In this document: piece after piece, positions 58,230 through 64,000 of the stretch
Numbering within the stretch: the first letter of the stretch is position 1
How the letters are laid out: every line of letters starts with the position of its first letter
Origin: a virus
Strand: one strand, 5' to 3'
Length of the DNA: 64,000 bases
Virus record (IMG/VR): IMGVR_UViG_3300020204_000005
The notes under the pieces: model-generated
Seen by the model: the letters and a program-made list of their open reading frames with translations, nothing else
Databases searched by the model: none
Told to the model about the DNA's origin: nothing
Translations under genes and position numbers: made by a program

Positions 58230-60089
58230 ATGGAATTCTTTATTAAGAAAAATGCAACATTACCCATATTAAAATTACAGGTAGTAAAGGACGGTAGAAG
58301 TGATTATGATAACTTTATGAAGACCATAGAGTTGTCCGCCATCTTCTTTTCTATGGTTGATGTTGAATCAGGTATTCCTAAAATTTCATCGAGACCTGCA
58401 GGATTTGTTGAGAAGGAGTTTATTGAACCGAATGCAGAACCCGAGTACTACATATATTACCAATTCCAAAATAGAGATACTAATAAAGTAGGTAGATATG
58501 AAGGTCAATTTATGTTAAGAACCGATGATGGTGTCTTAATATTACCTATCAGAGAAAAATTATTTATTAATATACAAGAATCATTTATTGCGAATGATTT
58601 ACCTTATGAAAGTTGTTATACTTCGGAATTCCCTTGTTGTGTTAATCATCCTTATATAACAACCACAACCACAACCACAACACCTTGCCCTAGTTGTCCT
58701 ACATGCCCTGAGCCAACACCTACACCAATAACCACAACTACAACAACTATAGAACCAATAACCACAACTACAACAACTATAGAACCAATAACCACAACTA
58801 CAACAACTATAGAACCAATAACCACAACTACAACAACATTTCCACTATCTGTTATTTTAGATGTTAATATTAATCCAGGGTCAATAATTATTGATTATAA
58901 TTTGACATCAAATCAAGTTTATTATGAAGAAATAAGTATGAGTTTTACTCATATATTAGGTACAACAGAAACGTCAATAACAATTGTTACAGGTGTAACA
59001 ATTCCTATTGGTTATACGACAGGGAATACCCAAGTAATTATAAATGAAGATTTTAACATATTAACTAAAAACGATTCTTTTGGTAATTTCATAGTCAACC
59101 CTCCATCATTAGATTGGGTCGTGTATGAAAATTATCCGACACCTACACCAACTGTAACCCCAACTTTGACACCAACACCTACCAAAACAGTTACTCCGAC
59201 AATTAGTGTTACACCTACACTTACAACCACACCGACTGCCACTTTGACGCCAACAGTTACACCAACCTTAACACCTACAAACACACCTACTAATACACCA
59301 ACATTAACTCCTACTGAAACACCTACTAATACTCCGACTAACACTCCTACAGAAACGCCTACTTTAACACCAACGAATACCCCTACTATTACCCCAACAC
59401 CATCACCATTACCCCAACTACCAATATTGGTCGATAACTGGGATACTTTATTGAACTACTCTATAACGGGAGTGACCTTAAATTCCGTGACACCAACAAA
59501 TACCGGTGGGTCAAACTTCCCTCTTGATGGTTATCCTAATGTGAATTATGAAGGTACGTTTGTATCTACCGAATCTAATCCATTAACAATTCAAGTAGGG
59601 TATAATAGCTCAACATTTGTTCCTGGTATGTATATACAGGTGAGTCACTCAAGTATTGGTTACGCTGTTGAAAATATTTTATCCACGTCTGGAGTTGCAA
59701 CGTTTGGTCCGTACAATTTATATTTTGGAAGTCAACTCTTAATTGAGTTGTTTTCCCCATCAATACTTTTTAAAATGGTAAATAACTCCACAAATAGAAC
59801 TGTTACAAGTGCTTCATATACTATTGGAGGACCAACAGTAAGTTTAGATGTGGGTTCATTCCCAATAAACTCAACAAATTCGGCGGGTTCTTTCACACAT
59901 CCTTCTAGTACAGGTGTGGCACCTGATGCAATAAATTACACTATTGGCGGTACAGGTAATTACACATACGTTGTACTCCGTAATGGAGTTGGAGTGAAAA
60001 GTCAAATAAATACAAATATTAACAATATAATTGTTACTGGTGTGACTTTCTCATCAAGTGATGAAATTATATTAGAAATGTATAACTAA
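58230..60089 (+). CDS. Putative virion fibre: BppU-like N-terminal anchor + Thr/Pro stalks + C-terminal beta domains
   Basis: TLPILKL...FFSM...[15 protein letters not shown] resembles baseplate-upper N-domains; [10 protein letters not shown] repeats and a PT tract. Confidence 0.6.
   Translation: MEFFIKKNATLPILKLQVVKDGRSDYDNFMKTIELSAIFFSMVDVESGIPKISSRPAGFVEKEFIEPNAEPEYYIYYQFQNRDTNKVGRYEGQFMLRTDDGVLILPIREKLFINIQESFIANDLPYESCYTSEFPCCVNHPYITTTTTTTTPCPSCPTCPEPTPTPITTTTTTIEPITTTTTTIEPITTTTTTIEPITTTTTTFPLSVILDVNINPGSIIIDYNLTSNQVYYEEISMSFTHILGTTETSITIVTGVTIPIGYTTGNTQVIINEDFNILTKNDSFGNFIVNPPSLDWVVYENYPTPTPTVTPTLTPTPTKTVTPTISVTPTLTTTPTATLTPTVTPTLTPTNTPTNTPTLTPTETPTNTPTNTPTETPTLTPTNTPTITPTPSPLPQLPILVDNWDTLLNYSITGVTLNSVTPTNTGGSNFPLDGYPNVNYEGTFVSTESNPLTIQVGYNSSTFVPGMYIQVSHSSIGYAVENILSTSGVATFGPYNLYFGSQLLIELFSPSILFKMVNNSTNRTVTSASYTIGGPTVSLDVGSFPINSTNSAGSFTHPSSTGVAPDAINYTIGGTGNYTYVVLRNGVGVKSQINTNINNIIVTGVTFSSSDEIILEMYN
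58725..58837 (+). repeat. About 3.8 x 30-bp tandem repeat ([10 protein letters not shown])
   Basis: CCAATAACCACAACTACAACAACTATAGAA repeated. Confidence 0.85.
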
Positions 60090-60126
60090 CTATATTAACT
60101 AACAAGATATTTATAAAACAAAAAAT

Positions 60127-60303
60127 ATGGCACTTACAGGAAAAACAATTGGTCAGTTGACCTACCTACAATTCCCCACTAATGATACTACACATGTTTA
60201 TGGGGATTATAATTGCACTTTATTTAAAAACTCAATACCTTCATCAAGATTGTCTTACTATGATGGAACTGACACTTTAACGATTGTTAATATTACTTCT
60301 TAA
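60127..60303 (+). CDS. 58-aa ORF, possibly a deletion remnant of a longer structural gene
   Basis: My translation: MALTGKTIGQLTYLQFPTNDTTHVYGDYNCTLFKNSIPSSRLSYYDGTDTLTIVNITS; TATTTAT at 60108-60114. Confidence 0.5.
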   Translation: MALTGKTIGQLTYLQFPTNDTTHVYGDYNCTLFKNSIPSSRLSYYDGTDTLTIVNITS

Positions 60304-60408
60304 AAAATTAACTTACTTAGTTGATAAGAGTAATTTTTACTCCTATATTTATTTACGAAGGTAAATGCCGACCTTATTCGGTAGCTAATACACCAAAAGT
60401 AAATAAGT

Positions 60409-63207
60409 ATGATATCACAAGAAGAAATTAAATCTTTCCTAGAGGGAGGTGACCCAGAAGAATTTATAGTTGCGATAGAATTTGATTACGCATCGAACTG
60501 TATTTACAAAATCAAAGAAATTCCCGATAAAGGTAAAGAAATTAGAAAAGACACTTTCACACCATTCGCTTGGGTTGGGGATTTAAGAAACCTAAATTTT
60601 TATCAATCATCTAAAGGACTTCAAAAAGAGGCCATGACAAAGTATGGTATTATGATTGAAAAATTGGAAACGGGTAAAAATGAAAGATTGGAGCAAGGTC
60701 TCAATTTTATGGTTAAGTCTCTTAAAGGGTATCGAGAATTAATACAATTTTTTAGAGATGGTGGAGTTGACCCTTGGGGTGAAAGAACCAAAGATAAAAT
60801 CTTAATTCTGCCACCTGTAGAACAATATCTAATACAAAAAGAAAAACGATTATTTAAAGGTTACGAAGAATACAATGATATTACAAGATTTGGATTCGAC
60901 TTGGAGACGACCGCATTAGAACCAAAAGACGGTCGTATATTCATGATTGGGATGAAAACCAATAAAGGTTTTAAAAAAGTTATCGAATGCTCAAATGAAG
61001 ATGAAGAACGAAGAGGGTTGGTTGAATTTTTTAGAACGATTAACGAACTTAAACCAAGTATTATCGGTGGGTATAACTCATTTAACTTTGACTGGTATTG
61101 GATATTTGAGAGATGTAAGGCGTTAAATTTAGATGTTAAAAAAATATGTAGGACTTTAAATCCTGATATTAATATCAAACAAAGTGAGAATCTATTAAAG
61201 TTGGCTAACGAGGTTGAGAGGTATAACCAAGTTGGTATGTGGGGTTATAATATTATCGATATCTTACATTCAGTAAGAAGAGCGCAAGCAATAAATTCAA
61301 GTATCAAATCCGCAGGTTTGAAATATATTACTCAGTATATTGATGCTGAGGCTCCTGACCGTATCTATATTGACCATGACAAAATCGGACCTATGTACAC
61401 ACAAAAAAATGAGTATTGGTTAAATATTGAGAATGGTAAATATAAAAGGGTTGGGGATAGTGAAAAGGTTGATGAAATTTGCTCACGAAGAACTGACATA
61501 TACATAAAAACAACAGGGGACGACATAGTTGAGCGTTATCTTGACGATGACTTAGAAGAAACTTTATTAGTTGATGAAGAATTTAATCAAGGAACCTTTT
61601 TGTTGTCATCATTAGTACCAACAACTTATGAAAGAGTATCTACAATGGGTACCGCAACATTATGGAAGATGTTGATGTTGGCGTGGTCTTATAAGTACAA
61701 ATTAGCAATTCCTAAAAAACAAGATAAAACAGAATTTGTAGGAGGATTATCAAGGTTATTAAAAGTGGGGTATTCAAGGAACGTATTAAAACTTGACTAC
61801 TCTTCCCTATATCCGTCAATACAATTGGTACATGACGTTTTTCCTGAATGTGATATTTTAGGAGGTATGAAAGGAATGTTATCTTATTTCCGTAATTCTC
61901 GTATCATGTATAAAAACTTAGCTTCCGAATGGTACGATAAAGACAAAAAAAAATCAGTATCATATGACCGTAAACAGTTACCGATTAAAATCTTTATTAA
62001 CTCGATGTTCGGGGCATTATCCGCTCCACAAGTATATGCTTGGGGTGACATGTATATGGGTGAACAAATTACTTGTACGGGTAGACAGTATTTAAGACAG
62101 ATGATTAGGTTCTTTATGAAAAAAGGTTATACCCCTCTTGTAATGGACACGGACGGTGTTAACTTCTCTAAACCTGATGGATGGGAAAATCATAGATATG
62201 TTGGTAAAGGTCTTAATTGGAAAGTTAAAGAAGGTAAAGAATATGTTGGGGATGATGCTGACGTTGCAGAATTTAATGATACTTTTATGAGGGGTGAAAT
62301 GGCTTTAGATACTGATGGTACTTGGCCCTCATGTATAAATCTCGCTCGTAAAAATTATGCCGTTATGGAATCTAGCGGTAAAATTAAACTTACAGGTAAT
62401 ACAATTAAATCTAAAAAACTACCATTGTATATTGAGGATTTTTTAGATAAAGGTGTAAAACAATTACTTGAGGGTAAAGGTCAGGAATTTGTTGAGTGGT
62501 ATTATGAATACCTATCCAAGATTTATAATAAAGAAATCCCATTAATGAAAATTGCTCAGAGAGCTAAAGTGAAATTATCGTTAGATGATTATAAAAAACG
62601 GTCAACACAAAAAACCAAATCAGGTGGTGCTATGAGTATGATGGCTCATATGGAACTAGCGTTAAAGAATAAACTGAACGTTAGTTTAGGTGATGTAATT
62701 TATTATGTTAATAATGGAACCAAAGCATCCCAAGGGGATGTTCAGAAAGTTGCAAAACTTAAAAGAGGGTGGAGTGATGAACAATTACAATATTATTTTT
62801 CAGAACATGGGAAATATCCTGAAGATTCTGTAACATCGATGGTTCAGATTAATTGTTATATGTTAGACCCATCGGAGATTGAGAGTAATCCTGATATGAG
62901 GGGTGAATATAATATCGATAGAGCGATTGCGACTTTTAACAAACGTATCGAACCTTTATTGGTTGTATTTAAAGAAGAAATTAGAGATGGGTTATTGGTG
63001 TCAAAACCTGATGATAGAAGTTTCTTTACTAAAGACCAATGTGAGTTAATAAATGGAGTACCTTTTGAGGAAAAAGACCAAGATAGATTACATGAAGATG
63101 TATTAGATATTAGTGAACCTGAATTACGGTATTGGGAAAAACGAGGGTTAGACCCTAACTATATTTATGATTTGGCGGAAGAAGGGTGGGAAAAGAAGTT
63201 AATCTAA
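60409..63207 (+). CDS. polB: DNA polymerase, family B
   Basis: Exonuclease FDLET, YNS..FD, DDLEET; polymerase LDYSSLYPS, KIFINSMFG, MDTDG, RKNYA. Confidence 0.93.
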   Translation: MISQEEIKSFLEGGDPEEFIVAIEFDYASNCIYKIKEIPDKGKEIRKDTFTPFAWVGDLRNLNFYQSSKGLQKEAMTKYGIMIEKLETGKNERLEQGLNFMVKSLKGYRELIQFFRDGGVDPWGERTKDKILILPPVEQYLIQKEKRLFKGYEEYNDITRFGFDLETTALEPKDGRIFMIGMKTNKGFKKVIECSNEDEERRGLVEFFRTINELKPSIIGGYNSFNFDWYWIFERCKALNLDVKKICRTLNPDINIKQSENLLKLANEVERYNQVGMWGYNIIDILHSVRRAQAINSSIKSAGLKYITQYIDAEAPDRIYIDHDKIGPMYTQKNEYWLNIENGKYKRVGDSEKVDEICSRRTDIYIKTTGDDIVERYLDDDLEETLLVDEEFNQGTFLLSSLVPTTYERVSTMGTATLWKMLMLAWSYKYKLAIPKKQDKTEFVGGLSRLLKVGYSRNVLKLDYSSLYPSIQLVHDVFPECDILGGMKGMLSYFRNSRIMYKNLASEWYDKDKKKSVSYDRKQLPIKIFINSMFGALSAPQVYAWGDMYMGEQITCTGRQYLRQMIRFFMKKGYTPLVMDTDGVNFSKPDGWENHRYVGKGLNWKVKEGKEYVGDDADVAEFNDTFMRGEMALDTDGTWPSCINLARKNYAVMESSGKIKLTGNTIKSKKLPLYIEDFLDKGVKQLLEGKGQEFVEWYYEYLSKIYNKEIPLMKIAQRAKVKLSLDDYKKRSTQKTKSGGAMSMMAHMELALKNKLNVSLGDVIYYVNNGTKASQGDVQKVAKLKRGWSDEQLQYYFSEHGKYPEDSVTSMVQINCYMLDPSEIESNPDMRGEYNIDRAIATFNKRIEPLLVVFKEEIRDGLLVSKPDDRSFFTKDQCELINGVPFEEKDQDRLHEDVLDISEPELRYWEKRGLDPNYIYDLAEEGWEKKLI

Positions 63208-63552
63208 CTTAATTCCATCCGATGAGGTTATATACCAATAACCATTTAAAAAAATTAATTCTATACATGCTCGATTATTAATTAGTATTTCATCATAATA
63301 TTCGTCAATACTACCTTGTTTGGATTTAATAATAGTATCGGTAAGTGATTTTATTTTAATTTCACTTGTGGTTTCACCATCTAAAATTAATACGCAAAAA
63401 TCAACTCCTTTAACAACTATAAATTCTTCACCTTTGGTTGTATAGTTTGGTACCGAAATAGTTTTTTTTAATTCAGTAATAACCATCGGTTCAAAATGTA
63501 TATGTCGGTCACTAATTTTTTTTCTTACTAATGTTGATTTTTGTCCTATCAT
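63199..63552 (-). CDS. hypothetical protein
   Basis: ORF track; convergent with polB. Confidence 0.6.
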   Translation of the reverse strand: MIGQKSTLVRKKISDRHIHFEPMVITELKKTISVPNYTTKGEEFIVVKGVDFCVLILDGETTSEIKIKSLTDTIIKSKQGSIDEYYDEILINNRACIELIFLNGYWYITSSDGIKLD

Positions 63553-63556
63553 AAAA

Positions 63557-64000
63557 TTATATTACGTATATTTGTCTTGGCATCGCGGTAAATTTCTTTT
63601 GTTTGTTTAGATTTTCCGCTAATAACGCTTCTCTTTCCATAACTTTTTCAGGTCTTAATCTTGTAAGTCGACCTTCCGCACCTACTAATTCCTCAATCAA
63701 TTTTGTTTTTTCATCTTTACCTTCAGTCGCTAATGATTGATAGTCCATAGTTAATTCACTATCAGGTGTTTTTATATTACCACTAAATTTACCTCTAACT
63801 TTAGACAAGGCTTCTTTAGCCGACGCAAAGAAATATCTACGAACCCAAATTTGTGCGGGGTTATTTAAATCCACCCAAGAAATTTTATCAAACGGAACAT
63901 CTGACGGTAACTTAATAATATCAGGATTATCTTTAAGACACTTATCCCTATCTGAAGTGCCAACATCATAATACCAATACCATACCTGACCTTTCCTTAA
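63557..64000 (-). CDS. Neck/head-completion protein, T4 gp13-like (5' end beyond window)
   Basis: The frame is open to the window end (LRKGQVWYWYYD...); WVRRYFFA.AKE.L..VRGKF...L.EG..E...L.EEL resembles the gp13 C-terminus. Confidence 0.65.
   Translation of the reverse strand, partial: LRKGQVWYWYYDVGTSDRDKCLKDNPDIIKLPSDVPFDKISWVDLNNPAQIWVRRYFFASAKEALSKVRGKFSGNIKTPDSELTMDYQSLATEGKDEKTKLIEELVGAEGRLTRLRPEKVMEREALLAENLNKQKKFTAMPRQIYVI

Noticed and set aside
1-64000. tRNA, rRNA, DGR or retron elements
   Set aside because: No cloverleaf or rRNA-like segment noticed by eye, and no reverse transcriptase or template/variable repeat pair in the window; a tRNAscan-SE/Infernal run would be needed to exclude them formally.

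Overview
A 64-kb piece of a large, AT-rich, T4-like (myovirus-type) phage genome, standard genetic code, almost certainly infecting Bacteroidota. Host evidence: a Bacteroidota-type ribosomal protein bS21, A-rich leaders without Shine-Dalgarno sequences, and a remnant of a signal-peptide/T9SS-cargo-like gene. Left third: N-domain-less ClpC, KTSC, a nucleotidyltransferase-M23-PG-binding-GH19 fusion, then the head module (terminase, portal, antisense bS21, prohead protease, scaffold, major capsid), followed by small proteins with capsid-targeting-like leaders, one of which carries an annexin-like repeat. Middle (minus strand): baseplate-spike-like gene, gp55-like sigma factor, a first glycosyltransferase cluster mixed with PhoH, dUTPase and an exonuclease, and a stand-alone WYL protein. 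Right third: the most striking feature. Three consecutive Thr/Pro-rich genes (one a 1596-aa mucin-like protein with repeated Cys domains) are followed directly by a five-gene glycan cassette led by a GT60-family polypeptide GlcNAc-transferase, with fucosyltransferase-like, HtrL-like and sugar O-methyltransferase domains. A fourth Thr/Pro-stalk protein closes the cassette. This looks like a phage-encoded mucin-type O-glycosylation (virion glycocalyx) system. The window ends with a family-B DNA polymerase and a gp13-like neck gene. All family assignments are from motif recognition by eye; no searches were run.
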